DNA from: Lingula anatina
Lineage: Eukaryota > Animalia > Brachiopoda
Assembly: GCA_051362555.1 (NCBI GenBank)
Contig: CM120641.1
Location: 17,236,001-17,300,000 of the forward strand
DNA length: 64,000 bases
Reading direction: 5' to 3'
Shown: piece by piece, positions 53,801 through 64,000 of the stretch
How the letters are laid out: each line of letters opens with the position of its first letter
How positions within the stretch are numbered: position 1 is the first letter of the stretch
The notes under the pieces: model-generated
The model's database searches: none
Seen by the model: the letters and a program-made list of their open reading frames with translations, nothing else
Told to the model about the DNA's origin: nothing
Translations under genes and position numbers: made by a program

Positions 53801-55154
53801 AACTTTTTTATTATCATCAATTATCTTGCTTCATTTTAAAAGCGAATCACAGTTTACCTTGACATAAAACAGCACTTGATCAATTGCTACAATTTATCCA
53901 AGTACAGAATCTACAACAGAAAGGAAAAAGGTGACAGGGGTAGATGGAAGCCGTCTTCTGGGTCTTCCAGAAGATGGTCAGACTTTTTCAAAAGTCACAA
54001 GTTTAAATTGACGGGCATCTAGTGGAGGATGGATCAACAAAGATATTTTTAAGACTGTTGGAAAATATCTCTGGATCTGCCACTGAATGGTATTTTGTAT
54101 GGTTTGTATTTCAGGAAAGAAAAGCGTGCCCAGCTGAGTGGCCTGAAGCCATATACCATGTACAGGATAGCTGTCCGCTCCTTCACCCACAATGCCCACA
54201 GTGAATACAGCAAGGAAGTCATGTGTAGGACAAAAGAAGGAAGTACGTATATCATCAAAAGAGCTGGGCATTTACTTAAAACCTGAAAATATCAAAACTT
54301 ATATTCTTATAATTATATTCTTCTCCTGATAAGTGTTTGTTGATTCTAAAAGAATGGTTTACTTTTCAGAGCCTGGTATGCCAAAAAATCTGAAGGTGAC
54401 TGTGAGGAGTCCAACATCAGTGGAAGTGTCATGGCAGGCCCCAGACAACCCAAATGGAATAATACGGGAGTATACTGTCCATTACAAATATCAGGATCAA
54501 GGATCTGCATCATTCAGAATATTGAATGGTACAGTTTTTTTTTTTACATTTTTGCATACAGACATCTTTGTTAACAAAACAGAATTTTCTCTTTCACAGG
54601 GGTTAAGATTTTTTTGTTAACTACAAAGAAGATTCTCATCATTTTTTAACTCTTTTCTCCATCAAACTTTTTCCATTAAATTCTGTTTTTTCATGTACTG
54701 TGTATAAAACTCTAACAGGCAAAAGTAATATTCACACTAGCAGAGTGATTAGGCAAGCATTCAAGTTCAGACCATCATTTTCCACCAGTTCTATTAACTG
54801 TCATATTCACCATTTCCTAGGCTCAGCAACATTTGCAAAGCTGGCCCAACTGCACCCAGGCAAAGTGTATCAGGTGGAAATACAGGCTTCTACCAGAGCA
54901 GGCAATGGGCCTCGCAGTGAAAAATTGGAGTTCAAGTTGGAGGTACCTCCGCCTAGTGAACCAATAGGTAATGTCACAGAGATTGTGGTAGTATTGATGG
55001 TATTATTGTGTGTTAAAGATTACAAACTTGGACATGTTGTGAATTGCGCAGTGGGATCATGGTATGTATTATAGCTGTGTAAGTTCGCAGTTTTGAGATC
55101 AAAAATATGTAAGCCATCTGAATTGCACTTCCTGGTAACCATGAGTTGGTATTT

Positions 55155-55235
<81 letters not shown>

Positions 55236-57273
55236 TGAGAGTGAGTGAGTGAGTGAGTGAGTGAGTGAGAAGGTTGAGGAAGTTGAAGGATTTTGTGTAT
55301 AATATGAATAAGATTGTCATTGGTATGATAATCATGAAAAGGATTGTTCATATTTCGTTCCATTAGGCAAACTCCTTATTATCTCTCATTTTAGACAACC
55401 TGGATGACACCAAAGTTGGTATTATAGCTGGGGTCTCTATTGGCATTGTGTGTGTGGCTATCTGTATTGTCCTCATCATATTGAAAGCAAGGTAAGAGTC
55501 ATAACACCACAATATGATGAGAGTGTGCAAGAGGATATGTCCAGGAGTTGTTATCAGTATGGACAACCTCAACTCATTTGTTTGGTATAATATTTGTACT
55601 GACTTCATGAATGAAAATATATTTGTAGAAGATATAACCATGCACATTTTGATATTTTAAAAGGAACTGGCAGTGTTCCAGGTTGAGATGTTTTGAAGAG
55701 GAAACTATACAAATTGTGATATATTTTTAGGAACCGTCAACGACCTAGTGAGCCAGAAGCTGTGCGTTATTATGGCAATGGCCATCTACCTCAGTCAAAC
55801 GGTGGCAATTTGTACCACCAGTGTACGGCAAATGGGCATGAAGATAGCATCACACCCATGTTACCAGCAAACTGCACAACTGCTGATGACCCCACAGTAT
55901 GAACATTTTTTTTTTTTTTTTTTTGCTTAAACAGATCTTCAATGTTAATGTGGGTTTTCCCATATGCCTAATCTGTGGGTAAACTTTATAATTTTTCCTA
56001 CTTCAGTCATCAATATTTCTCGAGGCTAATATTTTGACTGTGATCCATAACACTGGCTTATCTGATAGCAATTTCTCTTTTTAATCTGGCAAAAGTGGTG
56101 ATTTCCAAATATTCTAAGTTTTGTTGATTTTTTTTCTTCAGATTGAAATTCAAACCCCAATTTTGAGAAGGAAGGCGATCCCTACAGTCAACCAAGGTTA
56201 CAGGCCTAATGGCATTGCCATCTCCTCCAGACTGGGGCAGAAATATGGGGTAAATGGACGGAACATGGAGGTGAGACAATAGCAGCCATATTTATTCATG
56301 AGCAACCACACACATAAGCAAGATATTTAACACATTATCAAAACTACTTAAATGGAAATATGTATATTGTGAAGCAATGATAGACTCTGTTTACAACCAA
56401 GTTGATCTTCTATTAAATATGATCCATTGGAAAGCTTTCCTTGCAATCCACTAATGGATTCCCTGTGGGGATTACGCAGCAAGCTTTCAAGTAGGTCAGC
56501 CATATTTGATCAGCAGATAAGTTAGTCTGCAGATTGGTTGTGAACATAGACATATTCTGGTAAAGTATAAGATGACAACTTGACATTTCCAATTAAATTT
56601 TGTAATTCTGATGTGTTGATTCATAGTTGTAAGTTAGACAGGTTTGAAATTTTTAAAGACACTTCTGTTGTTACAGTAAGCCAAAATTTATTATTTGTGT
56701 TTTTCTTTAAATATTATATTCATGCATATCCTTGTTGTTTTCTCTCAGTCCCCTGACAGCCAGCATTTGTTGCAAAACACAAGTAGTGAGCCAGAAGGCA
56801 GCTTCCATGGCGGCGTAGGCAGCAGTAGCGTCAGCAGCCCAGAGCCAAGCAACCATACTTCCTCACAGTATCTGTCCCCCAACACAGACTCTGCTTCCTC
56901 ACAGAGTCCTCCAGGCTCGTCACAGAGTCCTCCAGGCTGTTTGGAGGGAGATATCACACACTCTGATACGGGTAAAATTCCTCCACCTCCACCTCCTCCT
57001 CCTCCTTATCCTCAGCCTCTTCAGCAGCAACAGCAGCAGCAGCTCCAGCAGGATTCTCAGCATAGCAAGTCTACCTCTCACGCCAAACAACTTACAGACT
57101 CAACAGAACAACTCCAGTCTCAGGGTGATACCATGGAAGAGGGTCCAGAGCCTCTGCCAAAGCTCTCGAATTCTACACATTTCCCAACAGCAATGCCTCA
57201 GGTAGAAGAGACAGAGTTTGCAGGGACAGCATCTCAGTTAACACAAGATCAGGCATTTATCACCACAGTCTAG
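22194..57273 (+). CDS. PRTG: Protogenin-like (PRTG/IGDCC4, DCC-related) Ig-superfamily receptor: signal peptide, 4 Ig, 5 FN3, TM, cytoplasmic tail; 22 exons, about 1207 aa
   Basis: GT-AG exons with consistent phases: 22194-22260 (MASQLIYLILWACAASLVLAAE), 31930-32244 (Ig1), 32891-33035 and 33489-33622 (Ig2), 35191-35316 and 41471-41629 (Ig3), 42669-42817 and 43071-43197 (Ig4), 45310-45447 and 45770-45922 (FN3-1), 47495-47686 and 51687-51806 (FN3-2), 52422-52616 and 52889-52978 (FN3-3), 53401-53563 and 54115-54242 (FN3-4), 54370-54528 and 54821-54967 (FN3-5), 55395-55491 (TM VGIIAGVSIGIVCVAICIVLIIL), 55731-55896, 56142-56270, 56749-57273 (TAG). Four Ig plus five FN3 fits protogenin/IGDCC4; DCC/neogenin have six FN3 plus P1-P3 motifs, which are not seen. 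The symbol rests on architecture only. Confidence 0.85.
29777..29818. repeat. (ATT)n microsatellite
   Basis: Tandem att run in intron 1 of the protogenin-like gene. Confidence 0.93.
31410..31824. mobile_element. Host MITE interrupted by the 31435-31660 element
   Basis: Removing the inner element restores left arm gagcgcattcagaacagcagactaacagatccacagatcaaatatggc, which pairs with right arm gccatatttgatcagcagatctgttagtcagctattgtgaatgcgcac. Confidence 0.8.
31435..31660. mobile_element. MITE with TAA target-site duplication (PIF/Harbinger, Tourist-like)
   Basis: Perfect 14-bp TIR GAGTGCATTCCCAT...ATGGGAATGCACTC that extends imperfectly inward; TAA at 31432-31434 and 31661-31663. Confidence 0.85.
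31930..32244 (+). CDS. Ig domain 1 exon of the protogenin-like gene
   Basis: FLQEPEDVVGVKGQPIRLECLA..YSWKKN..NGTLYI..DEGVYHCIAK..GIISSRPARISIA, typical of DCC-family Ig1. Confidence 0.92.
35553..35665 (+). mobile_element. Truncated, diverged copy of the 5' end of the 49392-50280 element
   Basis: Shares tatgtacagacacaga..tctgtcatcgccgtgcactt..accgataaca.gataagtg.gaaa...ttttacctt with 49394-49525. Confidence 0.75.
41881..42226. mobile_element. MITE with TTAA target-site duplication (Kolobok-like termini)
   Basis: Perfect 19-bp TIR AGGGATAATAACTCTTCGT...ACGAAGAGTTATTATCCCT; TTAA at 41877-41880 and 42227-42230. Confidence 0.88.
49392..50280 (+). mobile_element. Helentron/HINE-like non-autonomous element carrying a 161-bp tandem array
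   Basis: 5' hairpin atgtacagacacagatgtgtctgtacat, then a (GCC/GTC)n tract, then repeat units starting at 49485, 49646, 49807, 49968 and a diverged unit at 50129. This layout resembles HINE/pearl-like elements; the class is inferred. Confidence 0.65.
49485..50280. repeat. Tandem repeat, 161-bp unit: 4 near-identical copies plus 1 diverged copy
   Basis: Unit accgataacacgataagtggaaaaccattttaccttttgacttgaaactt...cagcatatatgcagc recurs at 161-bp spacing. Confidence 0.96.
50673..51390. repeat. Diverged tandem duplication of a roughly 340-380-bp unit
   Basis: ttggcattttcaagg.gtgacttt...gaagaaacccctattttgggcactgct...gtgaaaatttaatttttcac appears at about 50673-51051 and 51052-51390. Confidence 0.9.
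55157..55270. repeat. (GT)n followed by (GAGT)n microsatellite
   Basis: Directly visible; explains the spurious HT-repeat ORFs. Confidence 0.97.
56455..56545 (-). mobile_element. Fragment related to the 31410-31824 MITE
   Basis: ccctgtgggg..gtcagccatatttgatcagcagat..gttagtctgc matches the arm sequences of the host MITE. Confidence 0.7.
56749..57273 (+). CDS. Last coding exon of the protogenin-like gene (Ser/Pro/Gln-rich cytoplasmic tail)
   Basis: ORF 56695-57273; acceptor tctctcag ending at 56748, in phase with the donor at 56270; duplicated SSQSPPG, poly-P, poly-Q; ends FITTV*. Confidence 0.85.
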   Translation, partial: SPDSQHLLQNTSSEPEGSFHGGVGSSSVSSPEPSNHTSSQYLSPNTDSASSQSPPGSSQSPPGCLEGDITHSDTGKIPPPPPPPPPYPQPLQQQQQQQLQQDSQHSKSTSHAKQLTDSTEQLQSQGDTMEEGPEPLPKLSNSTHFPTAMPQVEETEFAGTASQLTQDQAFITTV

Positions 57274-59067
57274 GTGTAGCCTAGCAGATCACAGCTGTAA
57301 GACAGATTGCTGCGGAGTATTCAGCAGGGAAGAACAGAAGGAGACTTAAGAGGATAAAAGAAGGGGCGCTCAGTATAAAACAGCGATGCAGGGGACACTG
57401 ATTGCACTGCATTTACTTCGGATATTATTGCGGGTATAAACTTATTTTTATTATGTTCTTCACACCAGGTTCCTGCTTCTTACAGCCCTAAACTTCAGCA
57501 GAGTAAGAGTGGAGTGCGGCATAGCAGGGAGAGACCATGATGATGATGAGGAGGATGAAGTGGACAACACACATATGCTGGCAAGGTTTTGATGCCATGC
57601 TTGTGCATACAACGAATAGTGGAATATATCTAAGGTGCTGCTCTGTTGATAATGAGGAATTTCTAGTCGCTGTGACAACAGAGCTTTGCTGCTGTTGCCC
57701 TCCACATCTAGTGCTCATACACCAATTCTCCCAGTCTACGCAGCAGCAGGGTTTACAACGAGTTTTCAAGAAATCGTAGCACAAATTTTCAAGGCCAAGC
57801 TCAGGCTCTTCTAGTCCATGTTCGCCTACTGCAAGTAAAAAAATAAGGCAACTGTATTCACACACTTCCCAAGCTGAAAGTCTTCGGTAGTCATGATGAA
57901 GGATATAGGGGCTTTCAACTAGACAACTAGTGCAACCTGTACAGAAAGATGCATTTAAATTCAACCTCAGTCACACATAGACAATTATCGATTTCATGTC
58001 GAAGTGCATTTACATGTGTTTGTCTGGAGTAAGAGTAAAGGGCATGTACATAATAAAATAAATAAAAAAAAACCTCAATAGATTTTCTCACGGGTATTGA
58101 GTAACCTCAGAAGTAATCTAAGTAGTGATTTAGTCATTTTACATGAATCATGCAAACTAAGGGTAGCTGATTTCACATATACTAGAAATTGGCCCTATTT
58201 AGTCTTGTGCATAGTGGTTGGAATAATATCATTATACTATTAATATTTTAGCTATTTAACCATAGGCTTTCCTTATTTTTTGTATCTGTGTCAGCCTTTT
58301 AACTGTCAGCTATTCTAGCATCTAGGGACCAGACGTCAGGGGTAGCTGGGAGCATTCATTATTTGTCCTTTCATTTTTGTTGGTTTTTAAATGGAGTTTT
58401 GTGCTCACTCTTTACTAACAGTAGGTGGCAGCTCTCATCAAGTCGTTCCTCTACCTAGATCAAGTAATCACACTTTGGACTCTATGTAAGAAAGGGTGGG
58501 TTGAAGTCTTCCTGTACAGCTCAAATATCAGTATATTTTATTATTGTTCAACTGTCCAAAACCAGTATAATATGTGATGGTACATATCCAGTGTTTTATG
58601 TCTTTTAGTATTACTTTTGTTCTTATTATTTGACAACTTCAAAGAGCACTCCCTTCCTTGTTAATGTAATAGGTACATGTTAATGACCCAGCTGTCCGTG
58701 GTCCTCTGGCCATAATGCTAAAGTATGTGTACTTTTAACCACACTGTTTATATATAAATATTATATATTTGTTGTTTTATCAAGGCGACCTTTTAGTCAA
58801 CATACATATGTGTAAATACTATATATACACCTTCCACAGTATTTGTGGCAGGCCCAAGAAGAAGCATGACATTTGCGATTTACAAAAACAGTCAGTTGTA
58901 AACAGGAAGCATTATTATTATTATAACTATATATATTATATATATCTATATCTTTATCTATATATGTATATGTTAGTATGCTTGTTAATGTTTCAGTAAA
59001 GCAAGTAGACCTCCTTTGCCCCCCCCCCCCTCCCCCCCCTTCCCCATGTGCATGAAGCCTCGTATTT

Positions 59068-59105
59068 CTACCTCAGTATCTTTGCACATGGCCGCATCTC
59101 AGGGA
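59068..59105 (+). promoter_or_regulatory. Paired microRNA target sites: let-7 8mer (CTACCTCA, 59068-59075) and miR-125/lin-4 8mer (CTCAGGGA, 59098-59105)
   Basis: Exact seed complements with A1, about 1.8 kb downstream of the protogenin-like stop; inclusion in the 3' UTR is assumed. Confidence 0.6.
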
Positions 59106-60778
59106 GTTTAATATCGATTACGTTACCATGTGCAAGGTGCCTCTGACACTTGGTACTCGTGTGCTGTATGTTGTCTATACACGTGCCAGTTTTGTGTAGA
59201 AATGGTTTGGCAGCTGTACCTTAGTGGTAACTCATGTTTCTTCCATCTGATTTTATTTTATTCATTTTTTTTTCCAAACAGAAATGATGGGTCTTTTTCA
59301 GTTCAGGTTTTAAGATCTACACAATTTGTGTACTTTTAGAAGCAGGGTACTATTTTAGTTTAAAAGCTACTTGTCATTGCAGTTGTGCACCTCTACCAGC
59401 TTATGACCATTTTAGGACACTAAGTAAATAAGCTTTTGACCTTTGTTATCTGGAGCTAATAGTTGGAAGAAACTGGAAGAAACTGGACATGTGTCAAAAA
59501 AATCAAGGGGGTTAAACTCTCAAGCCAAAGTTATGTTGAGTAGTAGGTAGATAGTCATTATATTTTGTCTCTTTGTATTTAACACACAGTACACTCAAAA
59601 TAATATGTGCGTGGAGAAGCTACACACCTTTGTTTACTACATCCCAAAGGTGTCCATAAAATGTCACTGACTATTGAATGCCCCGATTTTTTGTGTGCAT
59701 GGGAAGGCTTGTTAAATGCAGGGTATTTAATAGCTCATCACCTGGGTCACATTATTTGGGCAAATTTGGGAAGAAGAAAGCAAATATGTGTAGTTACTCC
59801 ATGCACATTTTGTTTTGAATGTATTTCTTGTCTAAACTAAGACTCGCCTGCCTACCCAACGTACGTCAAGTTTGAGAGATCAGCCCTTTGGAACATCTTC
59901 CCAACTTTTTGGCAAGTCTGTAAATATTCCCTCAAATTTACAGGCACCATGATATGATTTGTTTTAAAGTTATGTAAGCGTCATTTGTCAAAGATTAGAT
60001 TGTGGGATCCAAGTTATCTGATGAAAAAAATTCTCTCCTGCTCGACATTGTTACTTTGACAATGTTTTGTACGAGCCTTTACAAAATATACCTCATTTCA
60101 GAGGTAAACTATGTAAAGGATCAATTTTGTCTAGGTAAAGGCCAATTTTGGAAAATTTCAACTATGGACAAATTAATTATTTTACATCTTGTATTTGATG
60201 ATATATGATTCTTTACCTTCAAGTTGTTTTTAGCAAGAAAATAGTATGGCCCAGATAACATCACCTATCTTGGATTGCACAATGTTCAGATTTCATGGTT
60301 ATATTTTGTAGTAAGACTTTACTCAATGGCGTGTAAGTATGCAATACCAGAAATGTAACTAATGTTTCAGTTAACTAATAGATATTCCAGCACATTTTCA
60401 TGTCTTTATTTTAGGAAAGTGGGGTTTCTTTTGAAAATCATTAAGCAGGTTTTTCTTCTAGTTTTATGTGCAGACACCATATGTCTGTGCATATTTTTGT
60501 CATCTCCACCATTTTCCTTCACCTTGTTCAGGCTTTTCCGAGAAAGCACAGATCTGGTTATCTTTTTAGTATTATTTCGAATTAGTTCATTTTTTAAATT
60601 ATAAATCAATTCCAGCCTTTTTCATATCCTTGCATGGTTCTTTTCTTTTCTTTTTTTTTAAGCATATTTTTAGTTTCTGTAAATTTGTTTGCACCCATGT
60701 CAGCATTGCTGTCAAAATTCAACTCCAGAAAGCCAACTTTTGTTACTGCCAACACTAGGTGCATTGCCAAACGATGGC

Positions 60779-60784
60779 AATAAA
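60779..60784 (+). terminator. Candidate distal polyadenylation signal of the protogenin-like gene
   Basis: AATAAA followed about 17 nt later by GT-rich ttcttgttgctgacttgtt; a proximal AATAAA cluster lies at 58032-58046. Confidence 0.4.
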
Positions 60785-62098
60785 AGTAAAGTGAAAAAAG
60801 TTCTTGTTGCTGACTTGTTATATATTAATGTGTTAAATGTACAATCCATATTAAATTTGGAAGTGAACACAAAATGTATTCAAAGGCACATGGAATGGGG
60901 ATATTTCTATTACATTTATACTGTAACCCATAACCAACTTAAATTGGTTGTCAAACTGAATACACGAGAATGTTAAGCCAAGCACGTTCAAACAAAATCT
61001 GCCTGGAAAATTGCACCATAAAGTGGATTTATTCTCAGTTGTAAGGTTAGTTTTTGGTAAATGTTAATTCCTGAAGGTATAACCTTTCCTTAGAAGTGTG
61101 ACTTAACATCCATTCAGTTGTAAATACGCATGAAATCAAAGTGCATTTTCCAGACCATTTTGGTTGAATAATTTTGGTAGCACGTTCTTCAAGGTTGTCC
61201 AAATTTTGGACACATCAAAAGAACTCTCTTCAAAAAATGGATGTGTGGTATGCCAGAAATGCTTTTCATTCCAAAGCAGGCCGAGTGATGGAACAAGAAC
61301 AAAAACAAACAATGTTATGAAATGAAAAAGCTTTATACATAATAATGGCATTCTGTTACTCAAATTTAAGAACCAAATCAATTGACCCCTTCAAAATTCC
61401 TACTTTTCTAGTTCTAAATTTTTTAGCCCTAAAATTCTAGTACTAGTATTACTACTACTGCAATAGAGGTTATCTCTTGGGGAGGGGGTTGCTCTTAATA
61501 TTGGAACAATAAAATACTAGTAAACTTAAAAGAATACAGAAATATGACCATTGTCAATGTATCCAATAATGAAAAAATGAATACTCTTGGGTGCTTGTGT
61601 TCTACATGATTTTACCTGTGTTAATATAAATGTGATCTTCTTTAAACATCACTACAGAAAAAAATACTACTTAATTAAATTGGAATAGCACCAAATAGTA
61701 GGCACTGAATATCATGATATGTATGTAGGCACAAATAATATTACCTTTAAATCACAAGGAAAAAGAAAGTCTATTCGTTCCATCCTCATGGTTCCAATGG
61801 TGTATATAACAATTTATATATTAGATTTGAAGAATCTCAAATTTGGCATAATGGTGCCACAAATGGCAAATTCGATGGTGTACAAGGCATGGTATTAAAT
61901 TAATGTTTACGCATAACATTAAGTCAAATGTCTCCCATCTCAATGCCTCAATCCACATTCAACATGATCAGGTCCATTCTGCCACTTAACCAACAGAAGT
62001 TCATGGAGTATCTATACTTCGAATGGATGTCATATGTTAAACACTATATAGATTTATACATTTTTGTTTTTAATATTGTTGTCTTTATGACCATGTGA

Positions 62099-63381
62099 TC
62101 ACCACACAGCATCTGTTTCCTCTGGTGGGTTGTCCTTGTATTTTTCTTTTCTGATCATTGCCAGCCGCGATCTGGCTGCCTCGAGTTCCTTTTCTTTGCG
62201 TATGATCTCCTCTTGAGCCATGATGATCTGATGCAAAAAAAATTAAGAAATGTTTATGTCAAGTTCCTCTACTAACCAGCCCTTCTAAAATCTTTCCCAA
62301 ATATTGGTTATGAAAATCAAACCTTTACTTGTTTAACTCCACTTAGTACAAAAGTAATTACGTTAATTTTTATTGAAAATTCTTCTTATTTTATATGGAA
62401 TGTCTCTCAAAAGAAGACATTAGTGTGATAAACACAAGAAAGAAAATGTTCTTCCTTTAAGAGCAAAAATTCTTTTTTTTTTTTTTTTTTTTTTGCGAAA
62501 CTGGGGCAATGTCAATGATGAAAATCTTTCACTCACCTGTGCCATTCCTCCCACCATACGTTTGTTGATAGTCAGACTTTGTTCCTCCTCAGATAGTTCC
62601 TTGGCCTGCTGGGCTGCCCTCACCAAGGCCTCTGTGGCCCTCTTCACAGCATTACCAGCTCCCTATGTAGAGGGACATGGAAAAGAAGGGATAACTTTAA
62701 CATTGTGGGCAGAACTTGAAAACAGTAAATAATAATCTGGTAATAATGATTTTAATATTGATGATAATATAATGAACACATCACAGAAAACCTAAAGCCA
62801 GAATGGACATAAGGATGATTTATCACTGGAATATTGTTTAAATGCTTCAAATAGCACTCTAAATGTTTGAAAAAGTTCAGCTGAGACTGAGGGAGAAATG
62901 CACTGAGAAGAGCCTTGGACTAATGTCGTCAACTGCTTGTACAAAATGTACCCAAGGGAAATGAGAAACACACGAATTAGATGTGATGTCCATTCCAGAT
63001 AACCAAACATAATAACCAAGTAGACTTTGCTTTCATTTGCCAAGAAACTCAAAACAAATGAGGTAAACCAATTATGGCAAGTTCGATAAATTTTGCCCAC
63101 TGAAAAGCTCTCATAATTACTGTAGGTTTTGAAAACATAATCATCTAACTTATATCTGAACCACCCCCCTACTTACCTGTAGTCTCTGCATGGACACAGA
63201 GTCAGTATCTGCCTTCACCTTGCAGGCCACCAGCAGCTGTGCCGTAGAGCTAGCCACCTGTTTGGCAGAGGAGATCAACTTCTCCTCACTGGCATTCCCC
63301 TGGACCATGGAGTTGGCAGCTTCACACAGGTTGTGAGTGGCCGCAGCAACCATCTTGGCCTGAAATGAGAGAATAATTTAC

Positions 63382-63413
<32 letters not shown>

Positions 63414-63776
63414 CCAGTGGGAATTCCCAAATTTAACCATAAATTTTAAAGCCTTAACTGAAAATTTTCAGCGACTAAAAATATGATAGTGTCAACTTGA
63501 TTCATATTGGTGGAAATTTAACCATCAACCAATCAAATGTTGGAATACACATCTATAGAGAACCACTGTATCAATCGTACAAGGTACAGTCTGAGCAGTA
63601 TTTTATTATTTTTTTCAACTGTGCTTCACCATCTTTCAGATGGCCATCATGTTTCCCCATAAAGCTTAAGGTTACTTTCTGAGTCTTGAAGACCATGTAC
63701 TCACTGCTGAGATGAGTCCCTGTGACCACTGGCCATCTTCATCCAGGAAAGAAGAGGCTCTGTAGGCTGCTGTCAC
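62099..63776 (-). CDS. TLN: Talin, C-terminal exons (I/LWEQ/THATCH actin-binding domain and dimerisation helix); the gene continues beyond the window
   Basis: Minus-strand phase-0 exons: 63776-63705 (VTAAYRASSFLDEDGQWSQGLISA), 63359-63177 (AKMVAAATHNLCEAANSMVQGNASEEKLISSAKQVASSTAQLLVACKVKAD..RLQ), 62662-62537 (GAGNAVKRATEALVRAAQQ..MVGGMAQ), 62227-62099 (IIMAQEEIIRKEKELEAARSRLAMIRKEKYK..DAVW*). These are highly characteristic talin motifs. Confidence 0.96.
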
Positions 63777-64000
63777 CTAGATCAATACATGGTGGATACA
63801 ATTAAAGTCAAATAACATGAAAAGATACACAAAACAACAAATTCATTTTACTACAGGTGAGCATATGAAGATTACATCCATATTTGTACAAGTTTAAAAC
63901 ACCACTGTAAAACTGGCAATGCAACTATTTCAATATATATGCTATATATTTTATATAACAAATAACGGAAATAATTTCTAATGCAATGCTGGTTCATTAT

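Noticed and set aside
55013-55363. HT-repeat ORFs on the minus strand
   Set aside because: Translation of the (GT)n microsatellite.
22194-57273. Assignment as DCC/neogenin/frazzled or Robo
   Set aside because: Only five FN3 repeats and no P1-P3 motifs; Robo would have five Ig and three FN3.
57271-57279. Stop-codon readthrough at TAG GTG TAG
   Set aside because: A second in-frame stop follows after one codon and the context is not a known readthrough motif.
57488-57964. 158-aa minus-strand ORF and overlapping short plus-strand ORFs after the protogenin-like stop
   Set aside because: No domain signature, non-ATG or low-complexity starts; consistent with chance frames in a GC-balanced UTR.
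62099-63776. Assignment as HIP1/Sla2, which also has an I/LWEQ domain
   Set aside because: DGQWSQGLISA, SEEKLISSAKQVA.STAQLLVACKVKAD and MVGGMAQII.AQEE match talin.

Overview
AT-rich, intron-rich animal genomic DNA; the repeat types and mosaic CpG depletion suggest an invertebrate, possibly a lophotrochozoan (inference only). Three multi-exon genes were reconstructed by hand from GT-AG sites with consistent exon phases. (1) 1-17970 (+): the 5'-truncated remainder of a polycystin-1-like gene (PKD repeats, REJ region, GAIN/GPS, PLAT, multi-pass channel-like region), 31 exons and about 2620 codons. (2) 22194-57273 (+): a complete protogenin/IGDCC-type receptor (signal peptide, 4 Ig, 5 FN3, TM, Pro/Gln-rich tail), 22 exons and about 1207 aa, followed by a long putative 3' UTR. 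(3) 62099 to >63776 (-): the last four coding exons of talin (I/LWEQ domain), convergent with gene 2. Introns hold several non-autonomous elements: a 110-bp-arm foldback, a nested MITE pair, a TTAA-flanked MITE and a Helentron/HINE-like element with 161-bp tandem repeats. The most interesting signal is regulatory: adjacent perfect let-7 and miR-125/lin-4 8mer sites, plus a miR-100 site, downstream of the protogenin-like stop. Also notable are a possible splice switch removing its PDZ-binding tail, a GPS motif lacking both conserved Trp residues, and a sharp CpG boundary near 22.9 kb. No tRNA, rRNA, CRISPR array or autonomous transposon ORF was recognised. All calls are from reading the sequence; no database searches were run.
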